Shown here in pieces: positions 12,081 to 24,029 of a stretch of 64,000 nucleotides of DNA (within the stretch, counting starts at the first letter, position 1; every line of letters starts with the position of its first letter). The stretch comes from Azolla caroliniana. Taxonomy: Eukaryota > Plantae > Polypodiophyta. The stretch is taken from assembly GCA_043228905.1 (NCBI GenBank), contig JBHGNT010000015.1:186001-250000 (forward strand), written 5' to 3'. Below the pieces are notes generated by a model, which saw only the letters and a program-made list of their open reading frames with translations, searched no databases and was not told where the DNA came from. Made by a program: the position numbers and the translations under genes.

Positions 12081-14278
12081 ATGTCTAGACAAAATAACGA
12101 CCACATCACCGAAAGAGGGAGACGCCACGCCGAACGGCAGCGACGACGGGAAGCCTTGCAGCAAGCCGTCGACGAGATCCGGCGCGATCGGTCATTCTCC
12201 AAAACGCTTCGGCAAATCGCAGAAGAAGCACTGCAGTTCCAGGTTCTACAAGCTTCCGACGAAGGCAGTAGCATAACCAGCCTCCAAGAAGCGGAGACAC
12301 TACTACAGACTCTCGCCGGCGGCGACGGGGACGCAGCGGCATTTGCAACATTAGAGGCGGATTCGGATAGCGGGGAAAGCGTGGGATCCCGTTATAAAAG
12401 CAGCCACGAGAACAACCCCTTTGAGTCGGATTACTCAGCAACATCGGAGCCAGAGGAGGAAATAACTCTGGAGTTCGGTGACCGGCAATTGCCGAGGAGG
12501 CAGGAGCGGTTATCAACACCACCCGCGGAGGAACTGCAGGAGCGGATACCAACACCACCCGCGGAGGAACCGCAGGAGCGGTTATCAACACCACCCGCGG
12601 AGGAACCGCAGGAGCGGATACCAACACCACCCGCGGAGGAACCGCAGGAGCGGTTATCAACACCACCTGCGGAGGAACCGCAGGAGCGGATACCAACACC
12701 ACCTGCGGAGGAACCGCAGGAGCGGATACCGACTTCGGAGGAACCAGCGTAGGAGAATCAGTGGGACGACACGATGCCGTATCCGTACCCAAAGTATCGG
12801 GATGAGCCCGACGGAGAGGCACATGTGTATGCATTCCTGCGAACATGGGAAGCCAACCACGTGTCCCAGAGACTGACGGAGCCCGAGGCCGACCGATCCA
12901 AAGTCGCCGAATTCGGCATGACATTAGAAGGACCGGCGGCCCGGTGGCACGCAAAGCACTTACCAGGCAGCTTCGCCACGTTCGAGGCATTGAAAACCCA
13001 GTTTTTACGCCTGTTTCACAGACGAGTGGAACAAAGGGAATTGGTCGGACAATTCTACACCACCCGGCAGGGAGAAAACGAGACGGTCCCACAATTTATC
13101 ATTCGTTTCCAGACCTTACACAGTCAATTAGCAAGAGCACCACCCGAAGAGGAGGCCAAAGCAGTCTTTTTGGCTGCGTTGAAAGAGCCACTTCGAGCGA
13201 TGTGTGGAATCCTCGATTTCAGCACCAGCACAATGGACCAAGTCATTGATCGGGTCCTGAAAATGGACAAGACGAGCCCCTTCTTGCCGATGGGGGCGTT
13301 ACACCAGGCGCTTCCGAAGGAGGAGGACCTCCGGTTCCGACAAGCCCTACAATGCACAACATGCCTAAATTCGGGGCACTCGACCGTCGACTGCACCCTG
13401 CGTGCACAGTGCATGATATGCAATTCTCGCGCCCACACAACGAACCGATGCGAGTATAACCTGTTAACTCGACAAGCGGCACCGGTCCGACACATAGAAC
13501 CGCGCAACCGGGACCCGGAAGAGGATCGATTCCGGAGGGACGACCGCTACCGACGAGAACGCGGCGACAGATACCCCGATAGAAGACGCGACAGCTATGA
13601 CCGAGAGGAGAACCGCAGGGATAGCTACCCCCGGGACCGGTACGACCGAGACGAATCCCCGGAATACGAGCGACGCAGAGAAGAAAGGCGGCCAGGGAAC
13701 CGGAATTTCCGACGGAACCAAAGGCGTGGATTCTTTCGTAGAGAGGAGCGTCGGGAGGCAGCAAGGAATGACAAACCAGTAGCGGCACCGGAGAACCGAC
13801 AAACCGAGGACAACCGCCGGGGAATGCCCCTTCCCCAAACAGGGGAAAAAGGAGAATCCAGCAACACGCACAGGGTGTACTGTTATTACTGCCGAAAAGA
13901 GGGGCATTACAGTAATCAATGCCCAAGCAAAACAACCGACAAGCAGCCGACAGTCAACATGGTGACAGCCGAAGTACAGCAGGTTACCACGCGGTCGAAG
14001 GGGAAGGCCGCCGAATGGGAAGCCCAGGAAGCAATCAAAAAACAAGCGGCACAATGGATCAAAGAAGCCAACGAACAAGGTGCGGCGGAAGTAAGAGACC
14101 AAAATATGCCAAAGGATGAGGAAATCGTACAGCCAGGAGAAAACCCGACATGGCAAGCATTACAAGATTGTCAGATCGTGCTGCCGTTGGCACGGTTGCT
14201 AGAGTTGGTGCCGCGGTTTACAGCAGACTTACAAGCCGCCGTGAGCAAACCGACGCCGACGCCAGCACCGACATTTTT
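12081..14278 (+). pseudogene. Gypsy-A gag: N-terminal extension, capsid-like region and three CCHC knuckles; in-frame TAG at 12750; cut by the Copia-B insertion
   Basis: ORFs 12033-12752 and 12774-14312 share a frame and are collinear with the continuous Gypsy-B ORF. Knuckles CTTCLNSGHSTVDC, CMICNSRAHTTNRC and CYYCRKEGHYSNQC. Confidence 0.9.
12501..12746 (+). repeat. 36-bp coding minisatellite, (QER[LS/IP]TPPAEEP) about 6.7 copies
   Basis: Visible tandem repeat CAGGAGCGG(TTATCA/ATACCA)ACACCACCCGCGGAGGAACCG with alternating variants. Confidence 0.95.
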
Positions 14279-14362
14279 TGTTAGATACAAGGTCGTCTAT
14301 GCGGAAGATTAAGAAGCATTCGATTCTGTTCTGTACCTGCGTATGACAGTTTCAAGGTCGTT

Positions 14363-14400
<38 letters not shown>

Positions 14401-17400
14401 ACACACACACACACACACAAAAACGACTCTTTCTATTCCATAAAGCAATAATACAACCCAACCTTACAAAGAGGTTACAAGGTCACTTTATATAGTGACA
14501 AACTTAGGGCAACTACCCTTTATGCTAATTACACAAATGGCCCAAACTTTAGCTATACAAAAGGATAGTGTGAATACGTCCATTATACACTTGTATTCGA
14601 CACTCCCCCGTAATGGGCGTATACATGGGTTATCTAAGATTACAGGCATGAACCTAGGTTCTCGGACATATCAGTTTTGTTCGAGTCGGCAGGGTCCGAA
14701 GGCAGAAGACCGAACTGGTCGGTTCGAGAGAGTTGAAGCCGATCATTAAGGAACTGATGTCGGTTGTCGGAAACCATCCTGCGCTGTGTCCGGCTCTAAC
14801 CGGACTGGTTTGTCGTTACGCCCATCTGATGCCGAAGAGACCGAAAGCGGTCTGCCGAAAGACACTTGGTCATTCCATCTGCGACATTGTCGGTTGTGGA
14901 TATTTTCTCTAGACCGATTTTCCTTGAAATGACGCAGTCCCGAACGAAGTGATATCGAACGTCGATATGTTTGGAGGCGTTGTGGTGAACCGGATTTCTC
15001 GACAAGGCAACAACACCTTGACTGTCGCTATAGACAACTGGAGCCGAGTCATGGTCGACTTGCCGAAACGTGTGCGCCAGCCGGCCGAGCCACAAAGCTT
15101 CTTTTGCAGCGTCGGACGCAGCTACATATTCTGCTTCGGTCGTTGAGGTCGTTGTGCACTCCTGAAGTTTCGACTTCCACGAAATTGCTCCATTGCCGAA
15201 TTTGAAGCAGTATCCGATTGTTGATTTCCGACTGTCTATACAGCCAGCGAAGTCCGAGTCGGTGTAACCGACTACGCCTGTAGTTGAGTTCGGACCGAAA
15301 AGAATGCCGTGGTCTTTTGTGCCAGCCAGATATTTGAACACATGCTTGACTGCGTTCCAATGCGATCGGCCAGGATTGTGCATAAATCTGCTAACGACTC
15401 CTACGGCATGAGAGATATCAGGCCGTGTCGCGACCATCATGTACATAAGGGAGCCGACTGCCGGTGCATACGGTACCGACTTCATATCTTCCCCCTCCGG
15501 ACCGGATGTCGGGCAGTCTCGCTGAGAGAGCCGAAGATTCATGGGGAGCGGGGTTGAAGCAGATTTGGCTGATTGCATGTTGAAGCGTTCCAAGACACGT
15601 CCGATATAGTCGGTCTGAGACAAAAAAAGATGTCGTTGATCGCGATGCCGACTAATCTTCATGCCAAGTATGTGTCGTGCCGGACCGAGGTCCTTCATGG
15701 CAAACTTCAACCGCAGTTGCCGAATGAGATCGGCAAGTTCGCCCGCGTGGCGTCCAGAAATTAGCATGTCGTCCACGTAAATGATGAGGAAGATGGGTGA
15801 TCCATCTTGAGCTGTGTTGGTAAAAAGACAATGGTCCTCATCGCTTTTTGAGAAGCCGATCGATTGGATGAAGTCGTCGAACTTCTTGTACCATTGTCGC
15901 GGTGCCTGTTTGAGGCCGTATAGACTCTTCCTGAGTCGGCAGACTAGATGTTCTTGGCCAGTTGCCACGAAGCCTTTTGGCTGCTGCATATAAATTTCCT
16001 CTTCAAGATCACCATGGAGGAATGCTGTTTTGACATCTAGCTGAATCAGCTCCAAGTTGTCGGCTGCCACTACGCCGAGTAGAAAACGAAGGGTTGTCAT
16101 TTTCACCACTGGTGAAAAAATCTCGTCGAAGTTGACGCCATATTCTTGTCGTAAGCCCTTCGCAACTAATCTGGCCTTGTACTTTGGGGTGGTCGAATCA
16201 GACGTCTCTTTTAGTCGATAAACCCACTTGCAAGGAAGAGCACGTCGGTTCCTAGGTAATTCGACTAGATCCCAAGTCTTGTTTGCCCGAATGGAGTGCA
16301 TTTCCGACTCCATCGCCAGATGCCAGGTGGCGGAATCGACAGATGTCGATGCTTCTTCGTAAGACGTCGGTTCGCCGGCGTCGGTGAAGAAAATTCCAGG
16401 AGAATACCTCTCCGGAGGTTGCGACAGTCTCTCGGATCGTCGAGGTATGATTGGACTGGTCGCATCGGGTATCGAGGTCGGATGGTCCGAAAGCGAATTA
16501 TTCTGCTGTGCCGAGTCGGAGTTGTCCGAGTCGGTAGTGTAAGGTTCAGCTACCCGTGAAGCTGACCGTGTGTTAAGAGCGGGGCCTTCTTGAAGGGTCG
16601 GCACATCGGAAAATGTTACCCTTCGGACTTCGATCGGTTTTTCGACTGATGGATTCATAGCCGACTCGTTGAACACAACGTCCGAACTTCGAACGATTTG
16701 TCTGCGTTCAGGGTCCCAGAGTCGGTATCCCATTTCGCCGTCTGATCCATATCCAAGGAAAATGCATTTCCTGGACCGAGGTGCAAGTTTTCGGCGATCA
16801 TCTTTCGGAATAAGGGCGTATGCCTCGCATCCGAAGATCCTCAGCTTGTCATAATTCGGCTTATTGCCGATCCATAGTTCCTGAGGAATTTGAAGTCCTA
16901 GAGGTCTGCTTGGCGACATATTGATTATGTGTACTGCCGTGAGTAGAGCCTCTGCCCAGAAGCCATCCGACAGTCCGGAGTGTTGGAGCATGGAAACTAT
17001 CCATTCTTGGATTGTCCGATTCATGCGTTCGGCAATCCCGTTTTGCTCCGGACTGTGTGGTGCCGTAAATTCACGTCGGATGCCGCGTTGTCGGCAGAAT
17101 TTGACGAATTCTTCTGATTTGAACTCTCCCCCATTGTCGGTCCGAAAGCATTTCAGTTTTCGATCGGTTTGATTTTCTACCATAGCGAGCCAATCGGAGA
17201 AGATCGAGAAGACACGATCTTTGGTGCGAATTGGATAAGCCCACACCTTTCGAGTCGAATCGTCAATAAAACTGACGAAGTAAGAGGCACCGCCGAGAGA
17301 CTGATGCGGCATTGGGCCACAGACGTCCGAGTGGACCAAATCGAGAGGTCTCGTTTCTCTTGGTGTTGATGTCGGGTGTGATGCGGCTGCTTGTTTGCCA

Positions 17401-19837
17401 TACTGGCAATGCTCGCAGAATTGATGGTCGAAGAAGGAGAGTTTAGGGATGTATCCGGCTCTAGATAGATGCGTAATGCCGGCCTTGCTGAGGTGTCCTA
17501 ATCTTCTGTGCCATAGTGATGACACAGGAATATCCACCAAAAACAGGTTACCCTCTCTGAGCGTAACATGTAACGGATACAGTGAGTGTATCTTGGGTCC
17601 TCTAGCAAGCAGGAGGTTCCCCCTGTGGAGTGTCCACCCTCCCGAAGGGAAACCGGCACGAATGCCGTCTTCATCTAGTTGTCCGACTGAGATCAATGGC
17701 CTTGAGAGCTCGGGTACATGTCGGACATTGTGAAGTACAAGTGTAGAGCCACTTGCAAGGTTGAGCTCTACTGTGCCGATTCCAATGATGTCACAGTGTT
17801 GCGAGTTGCCGACTCGAACTGAGTCGGAGTGACGGATCGTATATTGCCGAAATTGGGATCGATGAGGAGTCACGTGAAATGACGCGCCCGAATCTAAGAA
17901 CCATGTGCTCGATTCTTCAGTCGTGAGCAGAACTTCTGATCCGACTGGATTTTCGATTGATAGTATATTCGGGTCGTTTGGTAGCACATCAGCTGAGAAG
18001 CTGACGTAATTGATCTCCTCATGCCGGCCACTCTTCTTGTCTGATCTCTGAGACTTGTCGTTCTTGTTCTTGAGTGCGCGGCAGTCGGCTTTGATGTGTC
18101 CGGGTTTCTTGCAATAGTTGCAGATTCGATTATCCCGTGACTGGCTCCGTCTTCGCTGATTGTTCGGCGGCCGTGAGGAATCTCTTCCTCGTATGTTCGA
18201 TCGGTCTGTCGAACCTTGTACTATGTAAGCGTCGTCTATTGAGTCTTTGGCGAAAGACTTTCTCCGAGCTGCTTCGGTCAGGATTGCGCTCGTGACTTCG
18301 GAGTATTTAACAGCCGTGGTTGACGCGTTGCACACGGTTGTGACGAAAGTTTCCCATGATGAGGGAAGGCTGCTCATGAGTATCATTGCTCTGAGTTTAT
18401 CCTCGATTGCCGTCCCCTGTGACGAGATTTGGGAGCTTATGCTTTCGTACTCATTGAGATGTGCTTGAACCGAATCGGATTCTTTCATCCGCAAGTTGTA
18501 GAGGCGCCGGATCAGAAACATCTTCGTTGCAGCGACCTTCTTTTCGTAGGTGTCCGACAGTGTTTTCCACAGTTCGAATGCTGTCGTACACGATTGCACC
18601 GTAAAGTATACCGATTCCGATAGGTGCATCCGAATCGTGGCGCGGACGATTCTGTCCAGCTTCTGCCACTCAATTGGTTTGTATCCTTCTGGAGGTTCTT
18701 CATTTTCGATGGGATCGATTTGCCCCTTGACTATGAGATAGTCCTGCATTTGCTCCTTCCAGAAGTTGAAGTTCGATCCATCGAACTTTCGTAGACTCAT
18801 TTCTGACGAGCCGGATGTTGATGCCATCAAATTTGGTTTCGGTTGACGAAGCTCGGTTCGGAGTTGACTACGAACCTTGTTGGAGTGCAGCCGGTTGGCT
18901 CACCCGATATCGTTCTAGTCGGATTTGAACCCGAGTCGTTTCGGCTTTGGATATATGTATTGTTGAACTTGCTCGAATTGACTCCGGTAACTTGAGGGAC
19001 AGAACCGACTGGTCTTCCCGAATGTTGCCGAGTCGGAGTGAGCCCGGTTCGCTTCCGAATATATATGCCAAATACCGATTATTGAATCTGATTGTCTGGA
19101 CCGATTCTGCTTCGGGTGACTGCAGCGACGAGAGAGACGGATCCAACTGATCCTCTCGAATGTCGATCAGCCGGATGAAGCACGAATTGGGGTTGTTGTC
19201 TTGAGACCGATCTGCACCGAGTGGTTACAATGAGCGGCGAGCAGCGTTTGATGACCTCTTCGGATGCCGTTTAACCGAGTGGAGCACGATCGTGTCAATG
19301 TTGCACAAGGGGATTTCACCTCGAGCGGTTACGATCACAAGAAACAGAGTACAACCGGCTGGCTTACTCCAAGCGAAGATGATCTAACGCGATGAGATGC
19401 AAGCCTCGTTTTTTCTTCTTCTTCTCTCTTCTTCGAATGACGCAGGAAACCGAATGCTGTGCAGGCTGAGACGACGGCCGACAGCGGATTGAAGGACCGA
19501 ATACTGCGTAGGCTCTGATACCAGATGTTAGATACAAGGTCGTCTATGCGGAAGATTAAGAAGCATTCGATTCTGTTCTGTACCTGCGTATGACAGTTTC
19601 AAGGTCGTTGCACAGAGAGAGAGAGAGAGAGAGAGAGACACACACACACACACACAAAAACGACTCTTTCTATTCCATAAAGCAATAATACAACCCAACC
19701 TTACAAAGAGGTTACAAGGTCACTTTATATAGTGACAAACTTAGGGCAACTACCCTTTATGCTAATTACACAAATGGCCCAAACTTGAGCTATACAAAAG
19801 GATAGTGTGAATACGTCCATTATACACTTGTATTCGA
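14279..19837 (-). mobile_element. Copia-B, a Tnt1/Tork-like Ty1/Copia element with an intact ORF, nested in Gypsy-A
   Basis: LTRs 14279-14602 and 19526-19837 (the latter lacks its outer CA). PBS TGGTATCAGAGCC at 19511-19523 and PPT at 14603-14610. Uninterrupted 1344-aa ORF. Confidence 0.96.
14796..18830 (-). CDS. Copia-B Gag-Pol polyprotein, 1344 aa, intact
   Basis: Motifs KFDGSNFNFWK, CNYCKKPGHIKADC, FLDSGASFH, HSDVCGP, RTDNGGEF, QLDVKTAFLHG, YVDDML, YTDSDFAG, HIDVRYHFVR. Confidence 0.96.
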   Translation of the reverse strand: MMASTSGSSEMSLRKFDGSNFNFWKEQMQDYLIVKGQIDPIENEEPPEGYKPIEWQKLDRIVRATIRMHLSESVYFTVQSCTTAFELWKTLSDTYEKKVAATKMFLIRRLYNLRMKESDSVQAHLNEYESISSQISSQGTAIEDKLRAMILMSSLPSSWETFVTTVCNASTTAVKYSEVTSAILTEAARRKSFAKDSIDDAYIVQGSTDRSNIRGRDSSRPPNNQRRRSQSRDNRICNYCKKPGHIKADCRALKNKNDKSQRSDKKSGRHEEINYVSFSADVLPNDPNILSIENPVGSEVLLTTEESSTWFLDSGASFHVTPHRSQFRQYTIRHSDSVRVGNSQHCDIIGIGTVELNLASGSTLVLHNVRHVPELSRPLISVGQLDEDGIRAGFPSGGWTLHRGNLLLARGPKIHSLYPLHVTLREGNLFLVDIPVSSLWHRRLGHLSKAGITHLSRAGYIPKLSFFDHQFCEHCQYGKQAAASHPTSTPRETRPLDLVHSDVCGPMPHQSLGGASYFVSFIDDSTRKVWAYPIRTKDRVFSIFSDWLAMVENQTDRKLKCFRTDNGGEFKSEEFVKFCRQRGIRREFTAPHSPEQNGIAERMNRTIQEWIVSMLQHSGLSDGFWAEALLTAVHIINMSPSRPLGLQIPQELWIGNKPNYDKLRIFGCEAYALIPKDDRRKLAPRSRKCIFLGYGSDGEMGYRLWDPERRQIVRSSDVVFNESAMNPSVEKPIEVRRVTFSDVPTLQEGPALNTRSASRVAEPYTTDSDNSDSAQQNNSLSDHPTSIPDATSPIIPRRSERLSQPPERYSPGIFFTDAGEPTSYEEASTSVDSATWHLAMESEMHSIRANKTWDLVELPRNRRALPCKWVYRLKETSDSTTPKYKARLVAKGLRQEYGVNFDEIFSPVVKMTTLRFLLGVVAADNLELIQLDVKTAFLHGDLEEEIYMQQPKGFVATGQEHLVCRLRKSLYGLKQAPRQWYKKFDDFIQSIGFSKSDEDHCLFTNTAQDGSPIFLIIYVDDMLISGRHAGELADLIRQLRLKFAMKDLGPARHILGMKISRHRDQRHLFLSQTDYIGRVLERFNMQSAKSASTPLPMNLRLSQRDCPTSGPEGEDMKSVPYAPAVGSLMYMMVATRPDISHAVGVVSRFMHNPGRSHWNAVKHVFKYLAGTKDHGILFGPNSTTGVVGYTDSDFAGCIDSRKSTIGYCFKFGNGAISWKSKLQECTTTSTTEAEYVAASDAAKEALWLGRLAHTFRQVDHDSAPVVYSDSQGVVALSRNPVHHNASKHIDVRYHFVRDCVISRKIGLEKISTTDNVADGMTKCLSADRFRSLRHQMGVTTNQSG

Positions 19838-22800
19838 GGAAGGCCCAGCGGTGGTCGATACCAGTAGCCCAGCAATCACGACAATCGTCAAAGGAAAGGA
19901 GATTCCAGGAACAATTATTGACGGAGGCTCCGGGGTGAACGTCATCAGCCGACAAACATGCGACGACCTAGGCATCCAGGAATGGGAACCATGCCCCTTC
20001 TGGTTACGCACGGCGGATACAAGCTCAGTCCGACCAACCGGTCTTATCCGGGACTTGGAAGTAACGATAGGAGGCCACGTATTCCGGATATCGGCCGTGG
20101 TACTAGAGCTGAATGTACAAGGCGCATATCCCCTACTGTTAGGACAACCATGGCTGCGAACGGCGCATATCAAGCAAAACTGGCAAAAGAATATGATCAC
20201 GTTCCGACGGGGGAAAACAAAGGTACGGGTAGCCACGCAACCACGGGTGCTCACTAGCAAGGAGGCAACCCCTTTATATGCCGAAAGCATCAACATGTTG
20301 GAGGGCTTACCGGATGAGGAAGTTGATCGGTACCTCGAGGAACACCCACAGATCGTCCCACTTTTTGAGGTGGATATCACGGCAGCAGTAGAGCCGTACA
20401 TCACAATGCCGGACGAGCTGGACAAAGCGGCGATCCGGGAACTACGCCAAGCACAGGAAGCCCTAGAAAGAGAAATGACGATATCCCAAAGGGTGAAAGC
20501 ATCCCAGCTGGAAGAGGTGGACCTCGGCACAACAGAACAACCCCGACCGGTAAAAGTCGCGAAGGAATTGCCGAAGGAGGAAAAACAGGCAATGGTAGCA
20601 CTGTTAACGGATTTCAAGGACGTGTTCGCATGGTCATACGAAGACATGCGAGGGCTGGACCCCCAGCTCTACCAGCACCAAATTCATCTAAGTACTGACG
20701 CGAAACCCATCGCTCAACGCCGGTACCGGATGAATCCAAACTATGCGGCAAAGGTGAAGGAGGAAATTGACAAGCTTCTCCGGGTCGGATTTATCCGACC
20801 AGTCAAGCAGGCAACCTGGCTAAGCCCGATAGTGGTGGTCCCGAAAAAGAACGGCAAAATCCGGGTATGTGTGGACTACAGGAAACTAAATGCCGCGACA
20901 GTGACCGACGCTTTTCCACTACCATTCACGGACGGAGTGCTAGATGCGGTGGCCGGCCACGAAGTTTACAGCTTCTTGGATGGATTCAGCGGCTACAACC
21001 AAATCCGAATGAACCCGGCCGACCAAGAGAAAACAGCGTTCGTGACGGAATGGGGAGTGTTCGTCGCGGTCGTGATGATGTTCGGATTAAAGACAGCCCC
21101 TGCAACATTTCAAAGGATAATTATGGAAATCTTCGGGGATTTTATTCCCGGTTTTATGCAGGTCTTCCTAGACGATTTCGCCGTCTACAGCCGACACGGA
21201 GAGCATCTCGATCACCTACGACTATGCTTAGAAAAGTGCCGCGAGTACCGATTAAGTCTGAACCCGGCTAAGTGCGTCTTTGGAGTCGTAAGCGGCAACT
21301 TGTTAGGGCACGTGGTGAGTCGGGAAGGAATCGCGGTAGATCCGGATAAAGTAAGAGCAATTCTCGACGCACCGGCACCGAATAACGCAAAGGCTTTAAG
21401 CCGATTCCTTGGTCAAATAAGGTGGCATAGTCGGATGATACGGCACCTTGCCGACTTTGCTACACCATTGCACGCTGCTGTACATAGAGTACCTTTCCAA
21501 TGGACAGAAACGGAGGAGAAAGCCTACCAAGCGTTGAAGGTCATGCTGTCACAAGCTCCGGTGGTGCAGCCGCCGGACTGGAGTAAAAGCTTTCACGTCT
21601 TCGTCGACGCGTCGGACGTAGCAATCGGCAACGTTTTGATGCAACTCACGGAACCGAAATGGTATCGGCCGGTGTACTACACAAGCAGGAAACTCTCGAA
21701 AGCCGAACGGAACTACTCTACAACGGAACGAGAGGCATTAGGAATGGTGTACAGTGTCACAAAGTACAGGCACTATCTGCTCGGACGAAAGTTCTCCTTC
21801 CACGTTGACCACTCGGCACTACTCTACCTGGTCTCAAAGGCAGCCCTGACAGGAAAACTCGCACGATGGACGCTGCTATTATAGGAATTCGAATTCGACA
21901 TTTTCCACCGACCCGGGGTGCAGCATGCGGTAGCAGACTACCTGAGCAGACTAGAATCCGGAGAATCAGGGGACGGCGTACAGGACGAATTTCCCGACGC
22001 CGAGCTGTTTAGGGTCACGACGGCAACGGCAACGGAGGCCACAGTAGCGGACGAAGACAAATGGTTAACCGAAATGCATCAGTTCCTGAGCACCGGAGTT
22101 CCCCCGGAAAACCTGGACCGAGACGAACGGAAAAGGATGGCAGTACGGAGCAGACATTTCTGCTTGGTAGGAGACACCCTCTATCACAAGGGGGCAGATG
22201 GCGTATGGAGGCGAGCAGTGCGGAGCGATGAAAAGGATTTGATCCTGAGGGAAGCCCACTGTGGAATTGCAGGCGGGCATTATGCCGGCGAAACAACAGC
22301 CCGGAAGATATGGCAGAGCGGACTATGGTGGCCGACTACCATGAGAGATGCTGTTAAGTATAGCAGGGAATGCGACCTGTGTCAACGACTGGGCCAACCC
22401 ACGGAGCAGGCTCGGATGCCACATCACCCGGTCTTGCCATTAGAACCATTCCAAAAGTGGGGCTTGGACTTTGTCGGTCCCTTCAAGCCACCGGCAATGC
22501 GGACCGGAAATCGGTATATAATAGTGGCTACCGACTACTGCACGAAATGGGTAGAAGCAAAGGCATTACGGGACAACACGGCGGCGTCCACGGCCAAATT
22601 TTTATACGAATGCATATGGTGTCGGTACGGATGCCCGATTGAGCTGATCAGTGACCAGGGAGGACATTTCCGTGGGCAGGTGGTGGAAAGTTTGACATCA
22701 TTCTATGCGGTAGTACACAAACGAAGCACTCCCTACTACCCTCAAGCCAACGGATTAGCGGAATCAACAAACAAAACGCTACAGAACATCCTTAGAAAAA

Positions 22801-23471
22801 TCGTCAATGAGAACCGGACCGACTGGGACACGAAGTTGCAGAGCGTGCTGTGGGCGTACCGAACGGCGTACAAGACTAGCATCCGGACGACCCCGTTCCG
22901 ACTGGCATTCGGCTTGGAAGCAGTCATGCCAGTAGAATTCCAAATTCCTAGCTTAAGAATACAGGTTAAGGAGCGGTTAAGCGAGAAGGAATCTGAACGA
23001 ATCCGGATGGAGATGTTGTTGGAACTGGAGGAAAACCGAATGACCAGCCTGCTACAGCTAGAACTAGAGCAAAGGAGGAGGAAAGCCTTTGTAGACCGAC
23101 ACCGGCGCGGTAACGAAAAGGAATTCGAGGTCGGGAAACCTGTATTACTGTTCCAGACAAGGATGGGGAGCATGCCAGGGAAATTGCGATTTCGGTGGAC
23201 CGGACCATTCTGGATCACAAAGGAGTACAATGGGTCTTACCAGCTCGGGACGTTGTCAGGAGAAGTTGTGGGTAAATGGGCAAATGGGTTTCGCCTAAAA
23301 CCGTATAAGGGGCACATGCCAGCTAACCCCTTCAAGCAAGACCCGGACATCCTGAATGGCGAGGAACCGACACAGATCCGGAGGACCGAGGTGCCGACAC
23401 CGACGCGTAACAACGAGGAACCGACAACAGTGCGCACCGACCCGAACACATCGGGGGGAACCGAACAATGA
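19836..23471 (+). pseudogene. Gypsy-A pol (PR, RT, RNase H, integrase with GPF motif); one in-frame TAG at 21882
   Basis: Motifs IIDGGSGVN, FLDGFSGYNQI, FLDDF, VDASDVAIG, HCGIAGGHY..CDLC, WGLDFVGP, SDQGGHF, RWTGPF. ORFs 19851-21884 and 21918-23471 are in frame. Confidence 0.93.
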
Positions 23472-24029
23472 TGCGGCACATGGGTGAAAAAAAAAAAAAA
23501 AAAAAAAAAAGAAGAAGAAGAGAGGATCAAGAAAATCATGGTAATGATGAAGGAGGTAGTTACAACCGTCACACGGGTGCACGAGCTATTTAAAGCACAG
23601 AACGTGGGGGGCCGATGTACAAGATTTAACATGCGCGGCAATCAAGGAGTCTTAATGACAGACACGTAGGAGATTCGACACACGCGGCAAAGAAGCGCAA
23701 GCATGACACGCGGCAGCAAAGGACAGACATGCTATTCATGACAGAGCATGCGCAAGTGCCAAAAATAGGACATGCTATTCGAGGCAGAGGACGTGCAGGC
23801 GCCAAAATTAAAGAGTGACATGCTAATTATGGCAGAAGATACGCACGCGCGAAAAACAGGAAAAGGCGGCTATAGGGAAACGCCACTATATAAAGGAAGA
23901 ACCGGAGAAGGGTTCACTTTTTACGAATTTTCCCACAAGCAAACGCAGGCTCAAGACAGCGAGATCCGACGCGCAGAACACCCACACCCCGACCTCAGAC
24001 CACAGGCAGCAGCAGAGGAAGAAGAAGCG

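Noticed and set aside
12501-12746. Regular 36-bp repeats as a CRISPR array
   Set aside because: No unique spacers; it is an in-frame coding minisatellite in a eukaryotic retroelement gag.
11658-19837. Age paradox: host Gypsy-A LTRs identical while the nested Copia-B LTRs differ
   Set aside because: One substitution plus microsatellite slippage in about 320 bp is within chance for two recent insertions.
23484-23669. Poly-Lys ORF or LINE poly(A) tail
   Set aside because: It is a translation of an A24 tract. No TSD is visible, and an A-rich tract lies at the same position in Gypsy-B.
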